DNA of 64,000 nt. It comes from Acidimicrobiales bacterium (GTDB taxonomy: Bacteria; Actinomycetota; Acidimicrobiia; Acidimicrobiales; VFJN01). The stretch is from assembly GCA_035697515.1 (NCBI GenBank), contig DASSCS010000085.1, positions 5,575 to 69,574 on the forward strand, in the 5' to 3' direction. Shown piece by piece: positions 46,564 to 55,645 of the stretch (its first letter is position 1; every line of letters starts with the position of its first letter). The notes beneath the pieces are model-generated. The model worked only from the letters and a program-made list of their open reading frames with translations, was not told where the DNA came from and did not search any database. A program made the translations under genes and the position numbers.

Positions 46564-46934
46564 GCCGAGCCCTCGGCCCAGGTCGACTCGAGCAGGCGGC
46601 CGAGCAGCAACGCGGCCGCCAGCAGCACCAGGGCCAGGACGAGCCACAGCCCGCGCGCCCGGTCCCGGGCGGCGTCGGACCCGCCGGGAGCGTCGGACAC
46701 GGCACCGCCGCCGTCGGCAGTGCCACCGGCGGCATCGGGCGCGGTCGCCCGCTGCTCGGCGACGACCTCGCGGGCCAGGGCCAGGTCGCCCTCGGCCACC
46801 AGCACCTCGACGGGGCCGACGGGATAGGGGCCGTCGACGTTGCCGCGCAGCTCCCACACGATGCCCTCCGCGCCCAGGTGGGCGGCGAGGACGCGGGCTG
46901 CGAAGGAGCTCGCAGCGGTCGTCAACGGCACCAT
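46467..46934 (-). CDS. DUF2007-like small protein with C-terminal TM helix
   Basis: MVPLTTAASSFAARVLAAHLGAEGIVWELRG...VEVLVAEGDLALAREVV, then GLWLVLALVLLAAALLLG. The 3' end overlaps the prcA 3' end by about 97 nt, so the stop position is uncertain. Confidence 0.5.
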   Translation of the reverse strand: MVPLTTAASSFAARVLAAHLGAEGIVWELRGNVDGPYPVGPVEVLVAEGDLALAREVVAEQRATAPDAAGGTADGGGAVSDAPGGSDAARDRARGLWLVLALVLLAAALLLGRLLESTWAEGSAQPPASPLPASGASGVGVAVSSAGAGTSAASA

Positions 46935-46997
46935 CGGCCCGATCGCCACGCCTACGACCGTATCCCCGCCACGGCACGGCGGTAGCGTGCGGAGTTG

Positions 46998-48356
46998 ATG
47001 GACCGTCGCATCTTCGGCCTCGAGAACGAGTACGGCGTCACGTGCACGCTGCGTGGCCAGCGGCGGCTCAGCCCGGACGAGGTGGCCCGCTACCTGTTCC
47101 GTCGTGTGGTGTCGTGGGGCCGGTCGAGCAACGTGTTCCTGGCCAACGGCGCCCGCCTCTACCTCGACGTTGGCAGCCATCCCGAGTACGCGACGCCCGA
47201 GTGCGACTCGATCCTCGACCTGGTCACCCACGACAAGGCGGGCGAGCGCATCCTCGAGCAGCTGCTGGTGTCGGCCGAGGCCCGCCTGCGGGAGGAGGGC
47301 ATCCGGGGCGTCATCTACCTGTTCAAGAACAACACCGACTCGGCGGGCAACAGCTACGGCTGCCACGAGAACTACCTGACCTCGCGGCGCGACGACTTCG
47401 CCCACTACGCCGAGGTGCTCATCCCGTTCTTCGTGTCGCGGCAGATCTACGCGGGCGCGGGCAAGGTGCTGCAGACGGCGCGGGGCGCCATGTACTGCAT
47501 CGCCCAGCGGGCCGAGCACATCTGGGAGGGCGTGTCGTCGGCGACGACCCGCAGCCGCCCGATCATCAACACCCGTGACGAGCCGCACGCGGACGCCGAG
47601 CGCTACCGCCGGCTGCACGTCATCGTCGGCGACTCGAACATGAGCGAGTACTCGACGTTCCTCAAGGTGGGGGCCACGTCGATCCTGCTGCGCATGCTCG
47701 AGGACCCCTCCTTCGTGCTGCGGGACATGACGCTGGAGAACCCCATCCGGGCCATCCGCGAGATCAGCCACGACCTGACCTGCAAGCGCACCGTGCGGCT
47801 GGCCAACGGCCGCGAGGCCTCGGCGCTAGACATCCAGACCGAGTACCTCAACCGGGCCAAGCGCTACGCCGAGACCAAGGGCCTGTCGCCGCTGGAGGAG
47901 AAGGCGCTGGCCATGTGGGAGTACTGCCTGACGGGCATCGAGTCCGACCCGTTCAAGCTCGACCGCGAGGTCGACTGGGTGATCAAGCACAAGCTCATCG
48001 AGGGCTACACCGACAAGCACGACCTGGCGCTGAGCAGCCCGCGGGTGGCGCTCATCGACCTGCAGTACCACGACGTCAACCGCGAGCGGGGCCTCTTCTA
48101 CCGGCTGCAGCGGCGCGACATGGTCGAGCGCATGACCACGGACGAGGCCATCGACGAGGCGGTCGAGACCCCGCCCCAGACCACCCGGGCGCGGTTGCGG
48201 GGCGAGTTCATCCGCCGGGCCAAGGAGCGCAAGCGCGACTACACGGTCGACTGGGTGCACCTGAAGCTCAACGACCAGGCGCAGCGCACCGTGCTGTGCA
48301 AGGACCCGTTCAAGTCGCGTGACGAGCGGGTCGAGCGGCTGATCGCCAGCCTCTAG
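46998..48356 (+). CDS. pafA: Pup-protein ligase PafA
   Basis: [26 protein letters not shown] and GCHENYL. The track ORF opens one codon earlier, at TTG 46995. Confidence 0.95.
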   Translation: MDRRIFGLENEYGVTCTLRGQRRLSPDEVARYLFRRVVSWGRSSNVFLANGARLYLDVGSHPEYATPECDSILDLVTHDKAGERILEQLLVSAEARLREEGIRGVIYLFKNNTDSAGNSYGCHENYLTSRRDDFAHYAEVLIPFFVSRQIYAGAGKVLQTARGAMYCIAQRAEHIWEGVSSATTRSRPIINTRDEPHADAERYRRLHVIVGDSNMSEYSTFLKVGATSILLRMLEDPSFVLRDMTLENPIRAIREISHDLTCKRTVRLANGREASALDIQTEYLNRAKRYAETKGLSPLEEKALAMWEYCLTGIESDPFKLDREVDWVIKHKLIEGYTDKHDLALSSPRVALIDLQYHDVNRERGLFYRLQRRDMVERMTTDEAIDEAVETPPQTTRARLRGEFIRRAKERKRDYTVDWVHLKLNDQAQRTVLCKDPFKSRDERVERLIASL

Positions 48357-48685
48357 CCGGCTGGCGCCGTGGCGCCGCCGTTGCCGCCGTCGGCGCCGAG
48401 CACCTCGCGGGCCAGCTCGCGCAGCGCCCGCCGCTCGACGTCCAGGGCCTCCCGCCCGGCCGGGGTGATGCGGTAGGCCCGGCGGGCGCGCCCGCCGACC
48501 ACCCGCCGCTGCGACCGCAGGAGGCCCTCGGCCTCCATGCGGTGCAGGGTGGGGTAGAGGGTGCCCGGGCTGATGGCGTAGCCGTGCTGCGCCAGCTCGG
48601 CTGCCATCCAGGCGCCGTGGACCTCGTCCTCGGCGGCGTGGTGGAGGATGTGCAGCCGTACGGCGCCCCGGAGGAACTCGCTCAG
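48353..48685 (-). CDS. PadR family transcriptional regulator (non-canonical start suspected)
   Basis: [52 protein letters not shown] is a PadR wHTH. There is no ATG/GTG/TTG upstream of the domain. A CTG overlaps the upstream VOC stop as CTGA (48682-48685). Confidence 0.65.
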   Translation of the reverse strand: MSEFLRGAVRLHILHHAAEDEVHGAWMAAELAQHGYAISPGTLYPTLHRMEAEGLLRSQRRVVGGRARRAYRITPAGREALDVERRALRELAREVLGADGGNGGATAPAG

Positions 48686-49062
48686 CGTGCACCCCCCGCC
48701 TCGAACAACTCGACGACGTTGCCGGACGGGTCGTCGAGCAGGACCTGCTTGCCGCCCCGGCCCTCGACGATCTCGTTGCGGAAGGACGCACCGGCGGCGG
48801 CCAGCGGCTCGACCTCGGCCGCCACGTCGTCGACCTCGAGCTGGATGCGGTTCCAGCCGCCGGGCTCGGGCCGCCGGCCGTCGGGCATGGCCTGGCCGGC
48901 GCCGCCGCCCCCGCCGGGCGAGTTCAGCAGGAGCTGGAGGTCGCCCCGGGATATGGCGGCGAACCCGGGACCGGGGTACATGTCGACGGTGAAGCCGAGA
49001 CGGTCGGTGTAGAAGGCGACGGCGGTGTCGACGTCGTCGACGATGTAGCGGACCTTGGCCAT
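48682..49062 (-). CDS. VOC (glyoxalase/bleomycin-resistance) family protein
   Basis: MAKVRYIVDDVDTAVAFYTDRLGF...NRIQLEVDDV...VLLDDPSGNVVELFE. Confidence 0.85.
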   Translation of the reverse strand: MAKVRYIVDDVDTAVAFYTDRLGFTVDMYPGPGFAAISRGDLQLLLNSPGGGGGAGQAMPDGRRPEPGGWNRIQLEVDDVAAEVEPLAAAGASFRNEIVEGRGGKQVLLDDPSGNVVELFEAGGAR

Positions 49063-49092
49063 GGGGATGTCCTCCTTCGCCCGCCGGTCGCT

Positions 49093-49113
49093 GATATCGG
49101 ATCACGATATCGG
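49093..49113. promoter_or_regulatory. direct repeat GATATCGG-N5-GATATCGG in divergent promoter region (operator candidate)
   Basis: GATATCGG occurs at 49093-49100 and 49106-49113. Each copy contains the palindrome GATATC. They lie 31-50 bp upstream of the VOC-padR start and about 55 bp upstream of the DUF3866 ATG. Confidence 0.3.
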
Positions 49114-49165
49114 TGGCCGATGGCGATCGCCAACCTGGACGCCGGGTCCGGTACGGTCGCCGGCG

Positions 49166-50182
49166 ATGCCGAGCTTCCGCAGCGCGACGGTGACGGAGAT
49201 CCTGGTCGAGCGGGACGGCCTGCAACGGGTGGCCACCGACGCCGGGCGCGCCTACGTGCTGACCGACCTGGTGGGGCCGGTGGCGGCCGGCGACCGGGTG
49301 GTGCTCAACACCACCGCCGTCGATCTCGGCCTCGGTACGGGCGGGTGGCACGTCGTCCACTGGAACCTGGCACGCGACGCCTGGGAGCGCCCGGGCCCGG
49401 GCCACATCATGAAGCTGCGCTACACCAGCCTGCAGCACGACGCGGGGGCGGCCGAGGAGCACCACCCCGACCTGCCGAGCGCCGTGCCGGGGCTGCCCGT
49501 CGTGGCGTGCTCGCTGCACAGCCAGGTGGCCGTGGTGGCCGCCGTGGCGCGGCACCTGCGGCCCGACGCTCGCATCGTGTACGTGATGACCGACGGGGCG
49601 GCCCTGCCCCTGGCGCTGTCCGACGTGGCGCACGCGCTGCGGGCGCGCGGCGTGCTCGATGCCACCATCACGGCCGGGCACGCCTTCGGCGGCGACATGG
49701 AGGCGGTCGGCGTGCCCTCGGCGCTGGCGCTGGCCCGCCACGTGGCGCACGCCGACCTGGTGATCGTCGGGATGGGACCGGGCGTGGTCGGCACCGCCTC
49801 GGTGCTCGGCACCACCGCGGTCGAGGTGGCGGGCGTGATCGACGCCGCCCAGCGCATGGGCGCACGGGTGGCACTGTGCTGCCGCGCGTCGAGCGCGGAT
49901 GCCCGGCCCCGGCACCGGGGGGTGAGCCACCACGTGCGCACGATCCTCGGCCTGGCGGCGGTCGCCCCGGAGGTGCCGCTCCCCGCCGTCCTTGCCGACC
50001 AGGTGGCCGGATCGACCGCCGTCGCCGGGCCGGACGCGGCCACCGTCCTCGGCGACCTCGACCTGGTGGTGACGACGATGGGCCGGGGCCCGGCCGACGA
50101 CCCCGACTTCTTCGCCGCGGCCGCGGCGGCCGCCGCCTGGGCGGCCGAGGCCCTGCGCGAGCAGGGCGAGGTACGGCAGTAG
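49166..50182 (+). CDS. DUF3866 family protein
   Basis: MPSFRSATVTEILVERDGLQRV...VVLNTTAVDLGLGTGGWHVVHWNL...GHIMKLRYTSLQ recalls DUF3866. The stop lies 11 nt before pafB. Confidence 0.7.
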   Translation: MPSFRSATVTEILVERDGLQRVATDAGRAYVLTDLVGPVAAGDRVVLNTTAVDLGLGTGGWHVVHWNLARDAWERPGPGHIMKLRYTSLQHDAGAAEEHHPDLPSAVPGLPVVACSLHSQVAVVAAVARHLRPDARIVYVMTDGAALPLALSDVAHALRARGVLDATITAGHAFGGDMEAVGVPSALALARHVAHADLVIVGMGPGVVGTASVLGTTAVEVAGVIDAAQRMGARVALCCRASSADARPRHRGVSHHVRTILGLAAVAPEVPLPAVLADQVAGSTAVAGPDAATVLGDLDLVVTTMGRGPADDPDFFAAAAAAAAWAAEALREQGEVRQ

Positions 50183-50193
50183 CCTGCCGGTTC

Positions 50194-51126
50194 GTGTCCG
50201 CGGCCAAGCTGGAGCGCCTCCTCAACCTGACGGCGTTGCTGCTGGAGACGCCGCGGCCGCTCTCGGCGCAGGAGATCCGCGAGCGGCTGCGCGCCTACCC
50301 CGACGACACCGACGCCTTCCGCCGGGCCTTCGAGCGCGACAAGGAGGACCTGCGGGCCATGGGCGTCCCGCTCACCGTCCAGGACGTGCCGGGCGTCGTC
50401 CCGGTCGTCGAGGGCTACCGCATCCCCAAGGACCGCTACTACCTGCGCGACCCGGGCCTGACCCCCGACGAGCTGGCGGCCCTGCGCCTCGCCGCGTCGG
50501 TCGTGCGGCTCGACGGGCTGTCGGCCAGCGAGGGGCTGCTCAAGCTGGGGGGCCTGGTGGGCGAGCCCGGCGGCGGCCTCGGGCTGGCCGTCGGCAGCCT
50601 GCCCGGCAGCAACGTGGGGCCCCTGTTCGGGGCCATCACGGCCCAGCTGCCGGTGCGGTTCGGCTACCGGGGCGAGGAGCGCACGGTCGACCCGTACCGC
50701 ATCGAGTTCCAGCGGGGCCGCTGGTACCTGAGCGGGCACGACCACGCCCGCGCTGCCGAGCGGGTGTTCCGGCTCGACCGGTTCGACGGGCCCGCCCGGG
50801 TGCTGCCCGGGCCGCGCTTCGAGCGCCCCGCCGTGGCCGTGCCCGGCGTGCAGCTCGCGCCGTGGCAGCTGGGCGAGGGCGAGGCGATCGAGGCCCGGGT
50901 GCTGGTCGACGCCGCCCAGGCGCCGTGGATCGTGCAGCACCTGGGCGCAGGGGCCGTGGTCGAGGAGCGGCCCGACGGCTCGGTGGTGGTGGGCATGACG
51001 GTGACGAACCGCGAGAACTTCCGCTCCTTCGTCCTGACCTTCCTCGACCATGCCGAGGTCCTGGCGCCCGACGACCTGCGCGACGACGTGGTGGCGTGGC
51101 TCGAGGCCCAGGTGGGTGCGGCGTGA
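50194..51126 (+). CDS. pafB: proteasome accessory factor B (HTH-WYL regulator)
   Basis: VSAAKLERLLNLTALLLETPRPLSAQEIRERL (HTH) and RGRWYLSGHDH (WYL). Confidence 0.85.
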   Translation: MSAAKLERLLNLTALLLETPRPLSAQEIRERLRAYPDDTDAFRRAFERDKEDLRAMGVPLTVQDVPGVVPVVEGYRIPKDRYYLRDPGLTPDELAALRLAASVVRLDGLSASEGLLKLGGLVGEPGGGLGLAVGSLPGSNVGPLFGAITAQLPVRFGYRGEERTVDPYRIEFQRGRWYLSGHDHARAAERVFRLDRFDGPARVLPGPRFERPAVAVPGVQLAPWQLGEGEAIEARVLVDAAQAPWIVQHLGAGAVVEERPDGSVVVGMTVTNRENFRSFVLTFLDHAEVLAPDDLRDDVVAWLEAQVGAA

Positions 51127-52109
51127 GCCGGCGGGCGCCGGTGGTGCGCACCTCGGCGTCCGACCGGGTGGCGCGGCTGCTGGCCATGGTCCCGTGGATC
51201 GCGGCGCAGGACGGCCCCACCGTCGACGAGGTGTGCCAGCGGTTCGCCCTCAGCCGGCGCAAGCTGATCGAGGACCTCGAGGTGCTCATGATGGTGGGGG
51301 TGCCGCCCTACACCCCCGACACGCTCATCGACGTGATCATCGAGGGGGACCGGGTGTGGCTGCGCTTCGCCGACGTGTTCGCCCGCCCCCTGCATCTGAC
51401 CCCCGAGCAGGGCCTCGCCCTCGTGGCGGCCGGCTCGGGCTCGCAGGGCCTGCCCGGTGGCGAGCCCCACGGCCCGCTCGCCACCGCGCTCGGCAAGCTG
51501 GCCGGCGTGCTGGGCGTCGACCCGGCCGAGGCGGTGTCGGTCACCCTCGGCGAGTCCCGGCCCGGGATGCTCGACGCGCTGCGCACGGCGGCGGCCGAGG
51601 GCCACCGCGTGCGCATCGACTACTACAGCTACGGCCGCGACGAGCGCACCACCCGCACGGTCGACCCCCACGCGGTGTACGCGGACGGCGGCGCCTGGTA
51701 CCTGCGGGGGTACTGCCACAAGGCCCGCGACCTGCGCCAGTTCCGGGTCGAGCGGGTGGTCGACATCCAGGTCCTGGACGAGACGTTCGACCGGGAGGCG
51801 GCCACCGCCACGGCCGGCGACACCGGCGCCGGCGCGGAGTTCGCCCCCGGGCCGGACGTGCCCCGGGTGACGCTCGACCTCGCCCCGGAGGCCGCGTGGG
51901 TGGTCGAGACCTACCCGGTCGACGAGGTGAACGACCTCGACGACGGCTGGCGTCGGGTGCGGCTGGCCGTCACCGCCACGCCGTGGCTCGAACGCCTGCT
52001 CGTGCGGCTGGGGCGCCACGCCCGGGTCGTCGAGGCCGACGTTTCCGACCTGCTCACGGCCGGTCCCCGTGCCGCACGGCGCATCCTCGACCGCTACCGG
52101 CGCGGCTGA
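51123..52109 (+). CDS. pafC: proteasome accessory factor C (HTH-WYL regulator)
   Basis: GTGA overlap with pafB. RVARLLAMVPWIAAQDGPTVDEVCQRF (HTH) and GGAWYLRGYCH (WYL). Confidence 0.85.
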   Translation: MSRRAPVVRTSASDRVARLLAMVPWIAAQDGPTVDEVCQRFALSRRKLIEDLEVLMMVGVPPYTPDTLIDVIIEGDRVWLRFADVFARPLHLTPEQGLALVAAGSGSQGLPGGEPHGPLATALGKLAGVLGVDPAEAVSVTLGESRPGMLDALRTAAAEGHRVRIDYYSYGRDERTTRTVDPHAVYADGGAWYLRGYCHKARDLRQFRVERVVDIQVLDETFDREAATATAGDTGAGAEFAPGPDVPRVTLDLAPEAAWVVETYPVDEVNDLDDGWRRVRLAVTATPWLERLLVRLGRHARVVEADVSDLLTAGPRAARRILDRYRRG

Positions 52110-52162
52110 ACCGGGACCCCTGCACCGCCCGGCGTGCCGCCCGCGCTAGCCTCCATCACGCC

Positions 52163-52894
52163 GTGCGTGACGTCTCACCCCCCTCCGGCCTTCCTGGCGA
52201 CGGCCGAGGCGACACCCGGGGCGCCGCCGCCGGCGGCCATCGGCCCCGCTCTGCCCCGCGGCACCTGGCCACCGGCAACGGCAGCGCGCCCGACCCCGAA
52301 GACGGCCACGGCGACGACGACGAGGGCACGCCCAGCCACCGTGCGGGACGGTCGAAGCAGCGCAACCCGGTCCGCACCTTGGTCGAGTGGGCCGCCGTCA
52401 TCGGCTGCGGCGTGCTCATCGCCCTCACGGCACAGGCGTTCTTCGTCCAGGCCTTCTGGATCCCGTCGCCGTCGATGACGCCGACGCTCGAGGTCGGCGA
52501 CCGGGTCCTGGTCAACAAGCTGTCGTACAAGACCCACGACGTGCGCCGGGGCGACCTGATCGTGTTCGAGCGACCACCGGAGACGTCGAATGGCCTCGAG
52601 GGCGAGATAAAGGACCTGATCAAGCGGGTGGTCGCGGTGGGCGGCGACTCCATCGAGGGCCGCGACGGGCGCGTGTACGTGAACGGCGAGCTTATCGAGG
52701 AGCCCTACCTCGAGCCCGGTACGCCCACCAACGACCTCGACCGCGAGGTGGTGCCCGAGGGCACGGTCTTCGTCATGGGCGACAACCGCCTGAACAGCGA
52801 GGACAGCCGCGTCTTCGGCCCCATCGACGAGGACACGATCATCGGGCGGGCCGTCGTCAAGGTGCTGCCGCTGACCGACCTGGGCTGGCTGTGA
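52163..52894 (+). CDS. lepB: signal peptidase I
   Basis: IPSPSMTPTL (Ser), IKRVVAVGGD (Lys) and GDNRLNSEDSR. The start is uncertain because the frame is open far upstream; GTG 52163 chosen. Confidence 0.85.
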   Translation: MRDVSPPSGLPGDGRGDTRGAAAGGHRPRSAPRHLATGNGSAPDPEDGHGDDDEGTPSHRAGRSKQRNPVRTLVEWAAVIGCGVLIALTAQAFFVQAFWIPSPSMTPTLEVGDRVLVNKLSYKTHDVRRGDLIVFERPPETSNGLEGEIKDLIKRVVAVGGDSIEGRDGRVYVNGELIEEPYLEPGTPTNDLDREVVPEGTVFVMGDNRLNSEDSRVFGPIDEDTIIGRAVVKVLPLTDLGWL

Positions 52895-52904
52895 GCCGAG
52901 GCCC

Positions 52905-53630
52905 TCAGGGCGCCGGGTAGGCGGCGGTCACCGCGTCCACCATGCGGTCGACGTGATCGCTGTACATGCCGTCGATGCCGGCGTCGATGAGCTCGGCCAG
53001 CACCCGGGGCGACTGCGCGTCCCACGCGAAGGCCAGCACGCCGAACCGGTGGAACAGGGTGGTCAGGCCGCCGGTCCAGTCCATCTGGTGCATGTTGACG
53101 GCGTCGATGCCGGCCGCGGCCAGCGAGGCGGCCCGCCGCTCGGGCCCCTCCTTGATGCGGTCGCGACGCGTCGAGTCGACCAGCCGCACGTCGTCGCAGC
53201 GCGTCCGCCACTCGGCCACCTGCTGCCAGCGGGGATGGCACAGCCACAGGTTGCCGAGCGCCGAGCCGCCCGCGGCGCGGGCCACGGCGACGACCGGTTC
53301 GAAGGCGGCGGCGTCCTTGACGTCGAGCGACAGGGCCATGCCGGTGCCGCAGGCCGCGTACAGGTCGCCGAGGGTGGGCACGTGGGCAGGAAGGTCGGCC
53401 CTGGCCAGGGCGGCGATGGGCCGACGGCGCGGACGGGTGCCGACGAGGCCGTCGTGGTCGAGCACGGCCTCGCCGTCCGCCGTCACCCACACGTCGCTCT
53501 CCAGTCCGGTCGCCCCCAGCCGCAGCGCGAGCGTGAAGGCCTCGACGGTGTTCTCCGGGGCATGTGCCCGGGCGCCGCGGTGGGCGAACGCGAGGGGTGG
53601 TCTGAGGGTGGCGGGCACGCGGGTAGGCAT
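52905..53630 (-). CDS. glycerophosphodiester phosphodiesterase family protein
   Basis: From the internal ATG (complement 53628-53630): MPTRVPATLRPPLAFAHRGARAHAPENT...GLESDVWVTADG. Confidence 0.8.
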   Translation of the reverse strand: MPTRVPATLRPPLAFAHRGARAHAPENTVEAFTLALRLGATGLESDVWVTADGEAVLDHDGLVGTRPRRRPIAALARADLPAHVPTLGDLYAACGTGMALSLDVKDAAAFEPVVAVARAAGGSALGNLWLCHPRWQQVAEWRTRCDDVRLVDSTRRDRIKEGPERRAASLAAAGIDAVNMHQMDWTGGLTTLFHRFGVLAFAWDAQSPRVLAELIDAGIDGMYSDHVDRMVDAVTAAYPAP

Positions 53631-53730
53631 GGAGGGACGGCCCCGTGGGTAGAGAGGGTTCTTCCGGCACGTGGCGTCATAGTGTCCCGCCACGGGGCTC
53701 TCATCGGGTACATCGAGTTCGAGGAGTGTG

Positions 53731-54072
53731 ATGGCGACCCTGATCCGAGCCACCTGCAGCGACTGCGGCGACGTCGAGCTCGGCACGCACGACCTGCTGG
53801 TCAGGGTGTGCGTGGGCGCCCACGCGGGCACCTACGTCTTCCGCTGCCCACGCTGCGATGCGCCGGTCGTACGGCCCGCCGACCGTCGGACGATCGACCT
53901 GCTCATCGAGTCGGGCTGCGAGCTGCAGGTGTGGCGCCGGCCGGCCGAGCTGAGCGAGCCGCGTCCCACGGGACCGCCCTTCGGCCTCGACGACGTCATC
54001 GACTTCCACCACATCCTGCGCGGCAACGACTGGTTCGACGACCTGCTCACCGCCGACCGGCGCCAGGAGTAG
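53731..54072 (+). CDS. Cys4 zinc-ribbon-like hypothetical protein
   Basis: GAGGAG lies 4 nt upstream of the ATG. Product: MATLIRATCSDCGDVELG...FRCPRCDAPVV (CxxC...CxxC). Confidence 0.6.
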   Translation: MATLIRATCSDCGDVELGTHDLLVRVCVGAHAGTYVFRCPRCDAPVVRPADRRTIDLLIESGCELQVWRRPAELSEPRPTGPPFGLDDVIDFHHILRGNDWFDDLLTADRRQE

Positions 54073-54088
54073 CGATAGCGTCCGGGAC

Positions 54089-54346
54089 GTGACCCTGCTC
54101 TGGGCCGTCCCCGTCGTGGCCGCCGCGCTCGCCACGCTGCTGCTGGTGGCGCGGGCGCGGGCCGTCGAGGACGAGTGCGTGGCCCTCGCCCGCGAGGTCG
54201 CCGCGCTGGCCGAGGTGCGGCGCCCGCTGGCGGCGGTGCGCGAAGCCACCGCCGCCACCGACGAGCTGGTCGCGGAGTTCCGCGAGCTGCACCCCCTGGA
54301 GGCCGGCCCGCACGGGGGCGCCGACGGGTCGCACGCCGGCGACTGA
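54089..54346 (+). CDS. small N-terminally anchored helical protein
   Basis: GTG start. The TM segment LLWAVPVVAAALATLLLVA is followed by an Ala/Glu/Arg-rich helix. High GC3. Confidence 0.5.
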   Translation: MTLLWAVPVVAAALATLLLVARARAVEDECVALAREVAALAEVRRPLAAVREATAATDELVAEFRELHPLEAGPHGGADGSHAGD

Positions 54347-54363
54347 CCTCTACACTCGTCGTC

Positions 54364-54849
54364 ATGTTCAACGTCGGCGGCGGCGAGCTGCTGGTGATCA
54401 TGCTCATCGCGTTGATCGTGCTCGGACCTCAGCGCCTGCCCGATGCCGCGCGCCAGGTCGGCAAGGTGATGAGCGAGGTGCGCCGGGTGTCGTCGGGCTT
54501 CCAGCGCGAGCTCAAGGACGCGTTCGACGCCAGCGAGTCCGAGGCCCCCGCGAGGCGCACCGAGGCGTCCCCCCTGGCCGCCACCGTGGCCGACGCCGAC
54601 GCCGATGCCAAGGCCGGGTCGACGGACGGCGCCGGCACCATCGCGTCGCCGGGGAGCGGCGACGGCGGCGAAGACGGGACCACCGCCGCGCCCGTCGCCG
54701 AGGCGGTGCCGGACAGCCCGGCCGAGCAGGCGACACCCGCCCCGGCCGGCGGCGCGACCGACGCGTCCGGGCCCCGGGTGGCGCCGGCGGTGGCCGACGC
54801 GCTCGACGAGATCGTGACCCCGCTCGGCGACGAGCGCGCGGCCTCCTAG
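54364..54849 (+). CDS. tatA: twin-arginine translocase TatA/E family protein with long acidic tail
   Basis: MFNVGGGELLVIMLIALIVLGPQRLPDAARQVGK. Confidence 0.9.
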   Translation: MFNVGGGELLVIMLIALIVLGPQRLPDAARQVGKVMSEVRRVSSGFQRELKDAFDASESEAPARRTEASPLAATVADADADAKAGSTDGAGTIASPGSGDGGEDGTTAAPVAEAVPDSPAEQATPAPAGGATDASGPRVAPAVADALDEIVTPLGDERAAS

Positions 54850-54877
54850 GGCCGGCGCGGGGGAGCAGGAGGCCACG

Positions 54878-55645
54878 ATGAGCGCCCAGCCGGCCGTCGA
54901 CACCGGCATGACCCTGGTCGAGCACCTGACCGAGCTGCGCAAGCGGCTCATCATCTGCGCGCTGGCCGTGCTCGTCGGCATGCTCGTCGGCTTCATCCTC
55001 TACGAGTGGGTGTTCGACTTCCTGATCGCGCCGTACAAGGACATCGCCACGGCCGACAACGCCGTCGTTCCTGGCAAGCTCGTGGTGTTCGACCCGCTCG
55101 AGGGCTTCTCGGTCCGCATCAAGACGTCGGCCTACACCGGCATCGCCCTCGCCATGCCGGTGATCCTCTGGCAGATCTGGCAGTTCGTGACGCCCGGCCT
55201 CTACCCGCACGAGCGGCGCTACGCCGTCCCCTTCGTGGCGAGCGCGCTGGTGCTGTTCAGCCTCGGCGCCGGGCTGGCGTACTACACGCTGCCCCGCGCG
55301 CTCGACTTCCTCGTGAACATCGGTGGCGACGACCTGGTCACGGCGTTCGCGCCGGGCAAGTACTTCCAGCTCATCACGTACATGATGCTGGCGTTCGGCA
55401 TCGGCTTCGAGTTCCCGATCGTGCTCATCTTCCTGCAGATGGCCGGCATCCTCGAGACCGAGACGCTGCGCAAGGGTCGGCGCTTCGCGATCGTGGGCAT
55501 CCTGGTGCTGGTCGCGGTGATCACCCCCTCGGGCGACCCCATCAGCATGCTCATGCTGTCGGTGCCGATGATCATCTTCTACGAGGTCGCGATCGTCGCC
55601 GGTCGCATCATCACCAAGCGGCAGGCGGCGAAGGCGAACGCGTGA
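54878..55645 (+). CDS. tatC: twin-arginine translocase subunit TatC
   Basis: MTLVEHLTELRKRLI, six TM helices, and WQFVTPGLYPHERR. Confidence 0.95.
   Translation: MSAQPAVDTGMTLVEHLTELRKRLIICALAVLVGMLVGFILYEWVFDFLIAPYKDIATADNAVVPGKLVVFDPLEGFSVRIKTSAYTGIALAMPVILWQIWQFVTPGLYPHERRYAVPFVASALVLFSLGAGLAYYTLPRALDFLVNIGGDDLVTAFAPGKYFQLITYMMLAFGIGFEFPIVLIFLQMAGILETETLRKGRRFAIVGILVLVAVITPSGDPISMLMLSVPMIIFYEVAIVAGRIITKRQAAKANA

Noticed and set aside
49093-49125. PafBC-type RecA-independent promoter motif (TGTCGGTG-N8-TAnnnT) upstream of DUF3866-pafBC.
   Set aside because: Only a partial match (TATCGGTG) is present, and no TAnnnT hexamer sits at the required spacing. It is reported only as a generic direct repeat.
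53664-53688. Hairpin CGTGGCG-N11-CGCCACG between the GDPD gene and the zinc-ribbon gene.
   Set aside because: It is a 7-bp stem with a large loop in a divergent promoter region, and I can assign it no function.
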